Source of the DNA: Catajapyx aquilonaris
Taxonomy: Eukaryota
DNA: 58,017 nt
Direction of reading: 5' to 3'
Assembly: GCA_000934665.2 (NCBI GenBank)
Contig: KZ538624.1
Span: forward strand, 1 to 58,017
The position numbers and the translations under genes are program-made. Position 1 is the first letter of the stretch. The number at the start of each line of letters is the position of its first letter. A model generated the notes under the pieces. The model was not told the origin of the DNA. It saw only the letters and a list, made by a program, of their open reading frames with translations, and made no database searches. Positions 13,682-27,600 of this stretch are shown piece by piece.

Positions 13682-14650
13682 CAAGGGGTGTTCGGAAAGT
13701 AATGAGCGCTTCCATGAAAGACAACCGGTATAGGCGAACAGAAATATTTTCCTTTTCCGCATACAGTCCCCTTTCATGTTGATACACTTTGTCCAGCGTT
13801 TCTCCAATATTTTTCTAGGCCGTCCCGACCCCCCCCCCCNCCCCCCCCCACCCCTCCATAGCAGCAATCACTTCAGAGTCAGATCCATTAACCTTTCCAC
13901 GAAGTTGTTTTTTTCGTACTGGGGAATAACAAAAAGTCGGAAGGGGCCAGATCTTGCGCGTAGAACGGATGAGGCAGAAGTCGGAAGGAGTATTTCTTCT
14001 CAGCAGCCGTGGAAACCCTGCAGTGTGAGCAGGAGCGTTGTCTTGCAGAAGAGGCACACCTTGCTTCAATTTTCCGTGTCTCTTCTTCAGCTCCTCCCGC
14101 AACTTGTGGAGCAGGTGGGCATAGTACTCTCCGTTGATTTTGCACAACTTTTGTAGAAAGTCCAGCATAACCACGCCCTCTCTATCCAAGAAGATGCTCA
14201 CCATCTCCTTATCAATTGACTGTTGCTCTTGGAACTTTCGCGGTAGTGAGGAGTCACTGTGTTTTCACTGCTTGGGTTGCATTTTTTGTTTCCGAGCAGA
14301 AGTGGGGAACCCAGGTTTAGTCCTGTGTCAAAGGCCCGGTTCACACGTGGCCACTTTTAGTGGCAGCAACTGACCACTTTTGGAAATACACAGGACTGAA
14401 TGTGAGCATTGAATTATTGAATTCAATCCTGTGTAATTCCAAAAGTGGTCAGTTGCTGTGGCCAGTTGCTGCCACTAAAAGTGGCCACGTGTGAACCGAG
14501 CCTAACAGTGCCAAAAAGTCATCCTTGTCACGGAGAGAAAAAAATCCAAGTTGCCTGTGACATCTCTTGCAGTCAGAGGAACCCATGTGACTTACGAGCA
14601 TAAGGGACATTTTCACCGATACGGATGTGAACTGAAATCTGACATACACG
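13682..14650 (-). mobile_element. Mariner element 2, degenerate, C-terminal transposase relic
   Basis: INGEYYAHLL...LLQDNAPAH and HPFYAQDLAPSDF in shifted frames, then LEKRWTKCI. Terminus CAAGGGGTGTTCGGAAAGTAATGAGC abuts the TA at 13680-13681. The far boundary is approximate. Confidence 0.88.
14333..14502. mobile_element. Palindromic PIF/Harbinger (Tourist-like) MITE inserted in mariner 2
   Basis: GGCCCGGTTCACACGTGGCCACTTTTAGTGGCAGCAACTG vs CAGTTGCTGCCACTAAAAGTGGCCACGTGTGAACCGAGCC. Flanks AAA/TAA are an imperfect TWA TSD. Removing it rejoins DKDDFLAL with TQD*TWV. Confidence 0.8.
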
Positions 14651-17600
14651 GTAGGCCTATATATTTCTAGAAAAATTGACCATGTCAGGTTTTGTATAGG
14701 TCTATAGCCTATAAAAATCAGATAACTGAGGAGAGCATATATTGCCTATGAGTATGCTTTCTTCGGACTCTTCGCCCGATGCCTTTGCCTGCTAGCAGGG
14801 GAGCAAGCAGGGGAGTGTAGGGACAGTCAAGCATTATCTGAAAGCTCACTCAAATGAGACTACCTGACGCGGCATATCTTAGAACAAGATGCAATTCCTC
14901 ACGGCCCGTGACTGCCTGCTAGTTTCCAAGGGAATGGATTCAGTAACCCTGCTCCCTTGTCTACCTGTGCACTCTAAATCATTTCCAGAAAAGGTCAAAA
15001 GGCCAACGTACTTCTTGCCACTTATACTTCCTGGTGTGCCTTTGGTCTATTATGTATATACCTGTAGCGGAACGAAACACTTAATAGCAGTTTTGAGAAC
15101 TTCATACCCGTAAATATTTAATTTTCCTTAACGGAACACGTTGCATAACACGAAAAGGGTCTGAACTACATAGGTACTGAGCAAATGCATTTCTGACGTG
15201 CTAACATTGCTGAAAGATGCCTCGTAGATCTCCCATTCTAAACGCAATTCCATAATAATGCACACCCTTGCACAATATACCAGCACTTCCATCTACAGCA
15301 GCCGTAAAGCCCAACTTGGTATACTTCCAGGTAAACACCAAGTATTTACTACCGTTAGTCAGTAGCGCACTCCTGTAGCTTAGCGTGTACTCTAGTTATT
15401 AATAATCAAGTAGTAGCAGACTAGAACGCAACTCTACATCGAATTATAGGGACACCTCACGGCTTGATGCAAATGCGTCACGGTGCTGTATACGTAACGC
15501 GCTTAATGCCGCCACTTCGGCAACAACTTTGAAAATGACTGCGCGGCAGCCCTAATTGCATTTTGTACTTTCGGGCCCTTCCGGGTTGAGGAAATTCGAC
15601 TCTCGTTTTTGGCTATGAATGACATCAATAGAGCGCACAACAGACCATTAGGGCATTCAGGTGGTCCAGCCGGAAACACTGTTTATCTAGCCAGTCTGGA
15701 CATGAAAAACTCGGTCGGGCCAAGTTAAACAAGAGAGAGCAACGGGAGGCACACAAAACACAGCAGGCCCACGCAACACCGGTCAAAAAATCTGGGAACA
15801 CATCCAAAACGCATCTGAGGTCAAACGTCTCTCTAGTCCCGGAGCGAATCATCCCCCGAAACATATTCAGGTCCGCAGATCATCTGCAGTGACCAAGCCT
15901 GCACATTGATCCTCCTTCCTCCTGCGCCCCTAGCTGCAGCCGGAACAGCCTATTCAGGCAGCTGGCACCCAACTTGCTCCCAGAGATGCATGGCCACAGA
16001 ATGCGCCTATCATATATCCGACATTTACAGAATGGGCTATCATCTACACGCAGTGACGCACATTGTTCGCTCAACAACGAATGTCAACACTTGTTTTTAC
16101 ACCAGCTTTTTTCTGAGGGATAATTCCCTCTACTCAGCCACTTTCCAGGGATATTCTGGCTAGGTGCAAAACTAGAATTGGATCAGATTTTCCCGGAAAT
16201 ATACTCTCTGGCCATCCCTCATAGCGGGAGATGAAGTAGTACTTTCTTGCCCAACGAAAACATTCTGCACTGGAATGGTTAGCAATTTCTTTCGATCTTG
16301 TATAGTTGGGTAGCTGACCCTACTCTGCATAGGAATGTTAATGAAATCACTGCATGTAATCATGCAAGCCTCCACCCTTTCATCAAAATGTAAAGTGTAT
16401 TTATTAATATCCACCATCCTTTTAAAAACTTCGTGTGTCGCCATTACCACTAATGAAAACTATTTACGTTTGTTTATTTCCGCAGTTTCAACTTGGGAGT
16501 GGGATTCGTAATGGAGATTTTATCACCAACACAGTACGTCACGCAACCTGTGATCCACATGGCTCCATCAGGTGGTCCGTGCAAGGTTAAAAAAACGAGC
16601 AGAATCATTGAAAAAATATGGTTGTGCCGTTTACTCTAAAGAAACAGCGTGGAAGTGTTGATAATCACGATCAATAGCTTGGATCCAGTTGGTAATGGAA
16701 CTGGAATGGTCACCTTACTCACCTAACAGAAGCCAACCTTGCATTTTGCACGAGGAAGGACTCGTTGAGCTTCATCCTAAAAGTTAGCTAAGCTAGGCGC
16801 CTCTCTTGGCTCACTTTTTGCTGCTATTTCAGGAGTCACTCATTGAAGAAGTGTTTCTCGTTCCACTTTGGACAGTGAAAACAAATGCAGTTGCACTAGG
16901 TTATATAAAAATAAGCTAATTTTTGACCCTCTCTCTAATACGCGTAAAGACTGCTTCTACATTTTGGTGCCATGTCAGAGTCATATTTAAACGCCGAGTG
17001 GGATTTCATGTGGGATGACAACAGATATCCAATCCGACGCCCATTCGATACAGCCAAATAGATCTAATTTCATCAATCGACAGTGTACTTCACTGCAAGG
17101 CTGCGCATACCGCCGCATGTCTGACTGCATGAGGGATAAAATTCTAGTTTATTGAGTCATAAACAATATTACGTATTGATACCGAAATATCGCTAATTCA
17201 GCACACAAATGCCTCTTACTTTTACAGTAATCATTTGCATAGCATAGTGTACCCCGGCAGTACAATTCTGAAACTGCGCCGTATTGGTAGTAAATCGGAT
17301 GTATCCTGTCATTTCAGCGCCTGCAATGTAACATTAAGGAAATACCACATTTCTAACTCGCAGCAAAGGAAACCTCGGCATGACCTTTCTTTTCCTTCAC
17401 GAGGGTAACGTCACATACTTCATAATTCTAGCGGGCCTCTCAGGGCCTTCCTGCCGAGTCTTCGCGCCCTATAACTTCACCTCACTGCACCCAAGTTTCC
17501 TTACACGACGAGAGTGCTCTTTTCCCCAGGTCATAATTGCCCCCTTAACCACCGTTTTCATTTAGGGCACACACCTATTGACGTCACACACTGCTCCGCA

Positions 17601-20600
17601 GAGCATTATTCCAGACGGGGCCAGTGGAGCAAAAGGAGGGGAGGCCAAAGAGTGGCAGAATTAATACCCAACGGCCCGTACTTTTGCCATTATCTCCCAT
17701 CGAGCGATCCATCGCACCTTCTCTTCCATCCCGCCCAAAAATGGGGGTTAATTATCCATCCATTCGCCGCGCCCAAAAAACCTTTTCGCTCCACCCTTGA
17801 ACCCGGTAACCTTGGCGTTGCATCTCCCACGCCTATTTCGGTCCTTTTTTGGACACTTTGTTGGGGCTGGAAATAGACGGGTTACACCCACAAGCTGGGT
17901 CAGGCCAGAACAATGCTATGCGCATATATTATCACAGTGGAGCCACTTCTGCAGGGGCATGTTACTGCTCTGGTTTTCAACTTCTGACTAAAGGTAACAA
18001 TAATTCTCGTTGCACTTGACACTGCACTTCTGACGGACGTTTGCATACATTATTGAAGCGTGTTAATCCACGTTTCCCTATATCAGCTGTCAGATGCAAT
18101 CCGCATTTGTCGCTATAATCCGCTGATTCCATCCTGATGAATTCGCAATTTACACTTGATTGTTGCCCTGTGGTGTCACCACTAATACGTAGACAGCTCC
18201 TCCTTATACCTGTCGACAATAATGCATTGGTACTGCACCTGATTTAATGTAATTCTGGTACCGACAGCCACCCATCCAGCCAAAAACTATTAGACTGTAT
18301 AACGGCAATCACGCCCACACAACTGTTACACCACAAGGGCATTTGTAATGGATGATCTCTCCACATGAGCGAACACAGCGCTCCAGAAAGGTCTAAGGAC
18401 AACTGGGAAGTATGCGCCACGAACAATTGAACGACATCGCATTTCCCTCTACATGAGTTATCACCTTAATAAAACATGAAATTCCTTGTCTTACATAAAT
18501 CAATCAACGTATGAGCAGCTACACCCTTGGATATAACAGCGACCTATTTTGACATGCACTTGGAAAATATTCCAGGCTAAGACACACGCAGCGCAGATTA
18601 CATCAAAGTAATGAAATGGTCGAGTTTCCATAGGAAACCATACATCCTCGAAGGTACTTTTGCTTTCTTCTCCTAATGAACTTGACGTTACATATATGTA
18701 GGTTTTTACCGCATACTCCTCAGAACCGGTGCGACAAAAAATAGTAGTTGAGTGACTCACAAAGTCAGTCAAGGTCTCCAGACCTGTTTTACCGGATACT
18801 TTGTGTGCCCATGTGTTTCCTCATCACATTCCAGCCGGTTCAACAGGCCTTTACTCTAGTTCCTAAAATAAAATTTTCAGAATGCCACCAATATATAACG
18901 CGAAACAAAGTGATCCTGCGTTAGAAAAAAAAGTCCAAAAGTTGAGTCAACCTAGGCTATAGTAACAAATCTTCAGTGTCGAGGACTAAAGTTTTCCTAT
19001 AAAGAATACTCCGCACAATGTTATCTTTTCGCCTTTTCCGAGGACCAACTTCCCCTCTCCCGTGTATCATGTAAATCTTCATAAGGCGGTGAAAGTGAAG
19101 AAAACGCTGCTGTTTAGATAGATCTTACCCTTTACCTTCTCCTTCGGAGGATTATACCCAAGTGAAATCCCAACTTCCGCCATTACCCCACCAGATATTT
19201 AAAGGCGGGATACCACATAAAACGAATCCGGGTTAAAAGAACTCTGATGGCGCAGTAAAGATGATTTAGAGGGAAACAAGGCAACATAAATTCCTTTACG
19301 TCCACCCTTTATTTTTTTTTCTCTCTCCCTCTCCCCCGGAGAGAAGCGAATGCTCCATCCTATAGACTTTGCTCCGGTTCACTCAACCGATCTAACCCTA
19401 TTTCACCCGACAGGAAACACAGCTTGCCGTCTACCAAGTGGGAGAAAAAGATCATCCTGAGTGTTTCTTATATGGTCAATTACACTGAAACCGGTTTTCT
19501 CAGCAAAAAGTATGCGGGTCTCCACAGGTCACCCACACCAAAATGTACAGCCAAGTGATGAACTCCACTTTGCTCCGTTTCTATTCCCTCCACGTGCTGT
19601 GTAGCCCTTTGCATACGGCTCTTCCCTTTTACAAACTCGATAACGAGGACCTGGCCCGGGGCAAACAACTCGGAGAAAACAATGAGCCTACAGAATTTAA
19701 GAGGCCCGGAACCATCTCGTTAGGGTACAGTTGGGATATATATAGAGAGGGGAAAAAAGATAGATCAATAAACGCAAAACTGTCCTCCCAGCTCCCGACT
19801 TGTTGAATTATTCTTCCGCGGTCCACACAGTAGGCATAATTCTTACAGCCAAACAGTAGTTAAAAAGAACATGAACTACTAATGACATAGGGTAACGTTT
19901 CCGTTTAGTGCCACTAACAAGTCGGAATCATCACTTTTACATGACAGTTTTATGGCAGTGTTATACACAAAACCAAAATATGGGACAAAATGTCTGTAAT
20001 GGTCGGAGCGGTCTACTGCAGTTATCGTATACGGAAGTTAGCAGAAGGGCTTCAAGTGGTCGTGAAATCGCTTGCACTTCCTGAACGGGCTGAAATGCAT
20101 ACAGTATACCACTAATAATAATTGCACGTTTGTGTGTGGCACTCTTGTTACTCTAATGCACAGATAATATGAGCAATAATGGTGCTATCCCAGTGTACGT
20201 GTGTGCGCTGCCTTCATTCATGTTATAGCATTTAATAGCCTGCATGGACCGATGTGTGGCTGCCGATTGTTTCGCAGCAAAATTTTGCACGGATTCATCA
20301 GAAGTTGCCAATGATTGTCAGAGGCTCACATGCAGTAATCCTGTGTTTAATTTCAGTGACGCTCTGGGGCATGGAAAATATCGCTTCGGTCTACTGCTCG
20401 CGAACACTGTATATCATACTTCGTTTCCGTGCAAAAGCGTGAGGAATGATTGGCAGCCCATGACTCAGGATTGCTGCGGAAGATGTTACTTTTCCCTGCA
20501 ACAACTTTTCGTGATTAGGCATGTGTGATATCAGCGGAAGGTGGTTTTGTGTATGCGATGGAGTAGAGGCCAAGGTAGGCTACAACTCTCAACCAATTTC

Positions 20601-23370
20601 TCATGTAATGATTCTACACTAAACGTGTTCGTGCATTACCCAAATTGAGATAAGCCTAATGAATTGATCATGCTGACATTTCCATCAAAATTCTATCACT
20701 GACTCTGCAGTTAAATGTATAACTTCATCATCGTGCATACAATATTTTTTGTACATAAAAAGTGACGCATCCACATACGCTTGGGCCCTTTTAAAAATGT
20801 TAAAATATGAATTTATTTAGCTAATAATGGAGACCTGATAATTTCCTTCAACTTCTCTCAACACTGTAACTATGTTACAAGGTCCAGAGGAGGAATGAAA
20901 CTTCAGTGACGTGACCGATCTACTGAAGCAAATGCAAAGTTTCATGTGGAACATTATGAACAGCTTACATGCCCTAATATTCAGGCATATAATCCTGTTC
21001 AGAACCTCCCTGCCCCAAAACTCCCAAAAACAGCTTAAGGTAGCCTATCCATCAGCATTTTAAAATAAACATCTGCCTATCCCGTGTTTATACTCCGCTA
21101 ATCTCCAGTTTGAGCACCCTGAACGCATCAATTTGGTAATAAATGGCGTGGGGATCGCAAAAATAACCCGCTGTGGGCACAGCTTATACGGTCAGTCATA
21201 AAAGTTCAGGGGCCGAGTCAGCGGCCGGAGGGCACACGAGCATTAATTCCACCTGGTGGAAATGAGCTGGAGAGAAACAACCACTGAAAAAAAAAAAAAA
21301 AAAGTGGGGGTAGGGGGTGCAATCGAATACTCTGGTTGGATAAAAGTGGGATGGTTGGCAAGTGGGATTATCTCCGCATCTACTGGAGGGATTTCGGTCG
21401 AATTTGCACTGTAGGTTCCCAAGGGTTTCGGAAACAATGTAACAAGTTATGCCAGGTCAGTTTTTTTTCCCTTCAAGTTTGGCCTTATTCTACGGGGTAT
21501 CCTACACCTGCACCCTCAAGAGATGCATTGGCGCATAAACAACCGCGGTCTTATATTCAGCAGCGTGTCGATGTTTCCTTTCCTTTTATTTCCCCCCAAC
21601 CTGGAGGGGGAGCAGGCGTGAGGAGTGCTGCATAAGACCTGGCCGTGGTGCAAAATGAGGTCTCACTTCCTCCAATATCGATCTCGCAGCAAATCCGCAA
21701 GAAAAGACAACTCGTTAGTAATATCGACTCGGAGACAACCAAGAGGGGGAGAATATTCCCGTTTTGTAAACACCGTGGTTGAAAAAGGGAAATGCTGGTG
21801 GCCTCCCCAACAACAGCTAGAGAGGCTGCAGTTGAGTGGCTTCCCAGTCCTATAACCACCTCGGGAAGAGAAGGAAAAGAAGTGCAAATGCCAGAGGAAA
21901 GGAGTCATTACGGCAAGCGGAACACATTCGGAGGCTTCCGTGACCCTGGGACATTAACTTATCAAAATCTGGGCCGTTGCCACCCAAATGGCTTTCCACT
22001 CCAACTAGAAAAGTCGTTCCTTTTGGGAGCCAGCACCTACCGTGACGGGACCAAAGGGAAGGATCGCAAATAAATTGGGCTGTATTCACCTGAAAAATTG
22101 CCTGTTTGAGGCAACTTCCCACCTTGTTCCCGCAATTCCTTCCCATCTTTTGCCTTGCCACTTCCGCTCATCCTCTCCTCCTTCTCCTCCCAATCTCATT
22201 ATTGGAAATGTATTAAGAATCCGACATCAACGTCGGGCCCAGATCCGTCACTCTGGTGCTGGCAGGGGGGGGGGGGGGGGCNGGGGGGGGATCTCCCCTG
22301 CCGCCCGCCTATACCCTATATAGACCATCTTCTCCTTCCCAGACTCGTCTCCCAAACAACTCTCCTCAATCCCACCCCCACTCTCTCTCCCAGCCGAGTT
22401 TGCCTCAGGTAATTATACTTCCATGGAGGAATGTGCAAGTTTGCTCAGACTCCACTCACTTCATACAGCAGCAGCTCCAACAAACGTATAGGAAAACTTG
22501 GGACGTGGGAAACGGTAACGTGCCAAACCCATTTCCACACGTCGTTTGCAATCCTCGTGGGTGGCAGCCTGTACTTTCCAAAGTATAGCCTTCCAGGACA
22601 AGCTTATTACATTGATATTTTAACGGACCCCAAGCGTACCAAGACGTGCCTTGGCGCCGCTCACGTACGGTGCACATTCTGCAGCACGCATAAACGGCCT
22701 TATCATTCTGAAGCTATCGGACGTTCAAATTAATTTCAATGTCATATATAGCGTGTTTCATGACGAGAACTATCGAATGGCGTCGCATGAATTTTAAAAA
22801 ATAAAAATAAAAATACAGCCACATCGTGAACACGGAGGTTTACAATATACATTGATTACGCATGTCTGCCGCACTTATGCAAATAAGTAATAAGTGTAGC
22901 TGCAGGTAGCAATTTTGGCCACCTGTAAGTCGTCTCAGTTGTTACTCCTAATATCTGGTTACAGCATCACAAAACCTTTGCTCGTGCAACAAATCAGTTT
23001 AACAAAATCCTGTATTTTCTGCACTAAAAAATAATAATTTTGAAATCCAGGCCTGAATTTTGCGTCAGCATGACATTTTTCCATTGATAGCATAACTGTT
23101 TAGGAATATAATCATCTGCCTGTGATCCTCAACTACAATGTTACCACAGTAAATTACAACGGAAATTGCGCCATGCCTTTACGTTCTTTGCACATCAGGC
23201 GACATATATCACGCATATATAAGTTTAGGTTTGCACGGGTACGCAGTCACGATTCTCAAAAAGTGTGACCAAGTAACCGGACATTGTATAAGGATGGTGA
23301 TATCTTGTATGCTATCGCTCCCTCAAGCTGTGACGTTGGGAGTGCCACAACGGATCAAGATCCTCTGGAA

Positions 23371-23594
23371 CAGGGCTTACCAAACTGTGGGTCGCGAGGG
23401 AGGGTAACAAATTATTTTACAAAATGATTCTCTCTCTCCGGAAAAATATGCCCGTAAACGAGATGATGTGTTACTGTAGCGATTATTGTCATTAACTATC
23501 ACTGAGGGGGGCGGGGTTGAACTGGAAGTGGGGGTCGCAAATTTTACGATACGATTTTCTGTGGGTCGACAACGAAAAAGATTGGGAAGCACTG
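23371..23594. mobile_element. hAT (Charlie-like) MITE
   Basis: CAGGGCTTACCAAACT...AGATTGGGAAGCACTG termini. 8-bp TSD CTCTGGAA/CTCTAGAA (1 mismatch). Internal GGGTCG motifs. Confidence 0.8.
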
Positions 23595-23932
23595 CTCTAG
23601 AACATGACAATGAAGGGGAAAAAGTGCCCCTGCTTAATGCCTCATTGGACTTGTTTATAATGCATCCTCATCTTGTCAACGTCAACCCTTCTCTGGCACT
23701 ACTGTACAGTACTATCATATAGTGGTGCCTGGGAAAAATTCACTCATCACTTTGGACCTGTCTATTTGCCTTGAGTGGGGAGAGGCACGTCAAATCGGGC
23801 TTGGTAGGAGTGGCGAGAGGTGATGGTCCTAATGACTGACCTTCACATGCCTGCCTTCCCTCCAGCTCGACAGTCCCGAAGTGATGCAGCACAATTTGAA
23901 CACAGATCACTGCATATTGGTGCACTACTATG

Positions 23933-24192
23933 TAATAATAATAACGGATACCCCGTGAGAGGCCTCCTTGGGCGTTTTAGGGGATCATACTTTAATTACG
24001 CGACTTTAATCATTGCCTGTCCTGTTATGGGTTTTGATAGCGGGAGGAAACGGGAGAGCCCCGAGAAAACCCACGCGAACACGGAGAAAACCCATCCAAA
24101 CTCTATCCACATAAGCATCCTCCGTCCTATCCGGGGATCGAACTCGGGACCTCAGAGGCTGTGGCGCTGAACACTACACCACCGTGTCTCCC
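23933..24192 (-). mobile_element. tRNA-derived SINE, family C, with V-domain-like core
   Basis: On -: A box TGGTGTAGTG, B box GAGTTCGATCC, core GAGTTTGGATGGGTTTTCTCCGTGTTCGCGTGGGTTTTCTCGGGGCTCTCCCGTTTCCTCCC, (TTA)n tail. Confidence 0.8.
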
Positions 24193-24446
24193 TTGTGTAC
24201 TATACAGTACAGTACGGTACAGTCCAACTGTCCTAGACGAACGTCCGAAGCAATATTGTTCGCCGATTCAAAATTCATAAAAATGAATAAATGAAACTGA
24301 GCTCATCAGTTTTGCCTATGTAAGCTACACTTTTACATCCTATAACACTGCAAAAATAACGAAAGCCTTCCAAAACAATGATAAATGAAGGGCTTTAGAT
24401 AAGACCTGCAGGGCACACTACTTAAACACCGCTTGTCAATCGGGAA

Positions 24447-24600
24447 GATGAAGTGGCACAGCGATAACGCTCGCGCCCATGGATAGAAGAGCTCAAGATT
24501 CGATTGCTAGTCTACTGGGCTTTCTTTCTCATTCGTAAAACTTCCCAGCACAGCCTGACTAGTCTCGGGAGGAATACAGCATACACGACCCGATTAGGGG
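24447..24600 (+). mobile_element. Old fragment related to the SINE A head
   Basis: GAAGTGGCACAGCGATAACGCTCGCGCCCATGGAT resembles GAAGTGGCGCAACGGTAACGTTCGCGCCCACGGAT at ~54863. Degenerate B box. Confidence 0.55.
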
Positions 24601-27600
24601 AAAGCACAAAATGCCAAAGCAGTAGCCAAGGCACTCTTACCTGCCTTCCCTTTATTGCTCGTCATCCCTCCCTCTTGTGGAACCCAAACGTTCTAGGCCT
24701 GGTTAATTACAGGTGTAAATCAAATATTAGCCAGTCAACAGTTTGCAGATACGAGCTCAAATAAAGGAACAAAGAATCATGAGGTTTAGGCAGAAACCTT
24801 GCCTACCCACCTATCAAATTTGGCTGACAGTAACACTCAAACCAGCAGAAGTAAACGCACATGCCCGTCGCCAAGCCCAGCAGCGACTGTCGTAACCCAC
24901 TGTAATAAGACAGGTGACGAATGAAAGTAAGTCTCTATTGATATGTGCTTTACATCAACACCATGGAGACACTGCTTGGCCATCTGATTCATCTGACAAA
25001 AATCACTCCCCTCCATAAATGAATTCTCCTAATTTACCTGAAGATAGCTAGTGACACTAAATACTCCTCGTACCCCTCCCACAGCCTCCTGTACATTTAG
25101 TGTCCCCCCGCCCCTTTCCTTGACATGACACACCTCGTTGCACAGCATAACCTGCTCCCATTTCGAGCCAGCCTCCTCACGTGGGAGTGTGTTTTCCTCT
25201 CTACTGTCAACCAAACGCTGACTGTTGTCAACCAAACATGGTGAATATGTAATCGAGACCTTGACAGAGCGCCAGGATAACTGTGTCTACAATTCCTCAT
25301 AGCATATGGCTGACTGGCTCACTTCATAGGATTCACCTTCATACGTATACTGTATACGGAAGAAAAAAACCTACAGATTCCCTGCCGATTCAGAATAATA
25401 GCAATGAAATACAGCATAATAAAACTCCGGCTGGCATACTGCAAGCTGAGAGCTGGCCCTGCTGCCTTCCGGACTTTCTGCAATTTCAAATATGAAGACA
25501 CCGTCGGGCCGCAGCAAAAACAAATCCTGGCGCAGATCATAATATCCCACCCGCAGGATCCCAAGTGTCCCACTATTCCCAGCAGGCGACAACTCCAACA
25601 GCTAGCATCATTCCTCTCCGTCCTACGCCCAAGTCCCCTCCTCATCCTTCATTCCTACAACCACCCACGCTTTTGGCACCTCCGGAATCAGCACTACACC
25701 TATACCTGCAACCCCCCCCCCCNCCCCCCCCCAATACACCAACAGGGGATAGCGACCAGCACGGGAGAGAAAAGAAGATGGGTCGTTGACAAGGCGCCGA
25801 GTCATCACAAAAGCCGCCTCGGGCCAGATGCTGCTAAAGGAGGGGCGGGGAAGGATGGGGGATGCTGGAAGTCCCAAATTGAGATCTCCATCTCGGCCAA
25901 AACCTCTCTCGTGTCACGTCGCTCCGCGGACGTCATTTCGGGGCGTGGACTGACTTGCCAAGTGTAATAGGGGGAACTCGCAAGGTGCCGCTTCCGCACC
26001 ACCCGCACCAGCACCAAGGTGATGGTCACTTCAGTACCCTTGTTCCACTCACTTCTTGCTCTTCCGCCACTAGCATATAGCCAAATTTTCTGCTTTCGTT
26101 TTCCACACCCCACCCTCGGTATTCATGCCTGATGCCAAATACCAAGATTTATGGCGCAGTTTTAGTGAACATTAGAAGCGTCGTTTTCAAACACACGAAC
26201 CTGTAGAAGTTGCAAAAAAGTAAAGAGGAAACTGAACTACTGGGATCAATTCCAGAAGCTATTCCACAGTTCGTAAGTGCAGCAAAGTTGTTGTGGAACT
26301 TCTGAGCTAATAAAACCCCTTTATTGTCCCATAGTCATTTCTTATGCTAAGCATAACAAGATACAAATGCCACGAAACTTACGACCACCAATATATGATT
26401 CCAGGATTCTACACAAAATGTTGAGTAATTCTTTGCAAGCCGCCCAGTGTCATTTAGTTTCCGGTTTAATTCCTACACTACTGGTATAGAGGCAGCACCA
26501 AATTCGCGATAAATAATGATGGTTAATAATGACGCCTTGTCCTTAGTTCTTTGCCCTTACCCCTTGCGGAACACAACCCTACCAGTTTCCAACTGGATAT
26601 GACTCGAGCAGCCTAGAATACACACAGCAATGGGAATATGTACCGCGTATTGATTATTCGCCGTAAACACAAGACACGTGCAATATTGATAGACCTACAA
26701 ATCTCATTTATAACGCGGCCTTCAGCCGTCACGTATATACAAATAAAATAATGATTGACTCTCCCGATGGCAATCAGGGTCGACATTACCGCCACTGAAA
26801 TATCCGGTCATTAAGTAAACTTACTGCTGCAATCTCCGCCTTATTAACATCGCGCCTGTTACAAATTCAGTCTCACCATTTCTCGACATTACCAATGATT
26901 AATCACTCACCACGAACGTAACTCCTCATTACATACCCCCTTTCCCTAATGTGATCATTCATACATGCCTCCAAATTAGTGTCAAAATACACGACACGTG
27001 AAGTGCTAGTATATATGGTACTTATACCTACTGTATATATCGCTTCGTTGCTGAACCCGTTTAGGTATAGATACCGAGAATTCCCGTGCAAATGCCAATG
27101 TGTGTGTTTGAATTTCAATGCTTCCTCTTCCAGATGCTACCCATATACAACAGAGTTTCCATGCCCTGCAAGGTCAACAAGAAAACTTTGATTTGTTTCA
27201 TCACGCATGCTTGGGGCACCCCGCGCTCTCGAAATAATTTAAACTTTACCGCAAATAAACTACGCAAAATTTTGCAGCAATGTTGTACTGCACATAAAAA
27301 CTGGCGCGAAGTCTGGGCTGGCAATGAGAACAACTCACTGAAGTACCGCAAGCGCCCCATTTTCTAAAAGAAAAACAAAAAAAACAACTCCTGAAACAGT
27401 TCAGTTATGCAGTCACTTTCACTGCAAAAACACATCTTTCCACATACCTCTTCGTCCTTGCAATGGAAGTACTTATTTCTTAAATCGCAAAAACTTAATA
27501 TGGATATAATACTGTCCTCATACGTTAGGTTATTCAGCAAGGCAATTCACGTTGCTTTCTTTACTCCGGACTGACTTATGTATTAATGGTTACGATTTCC

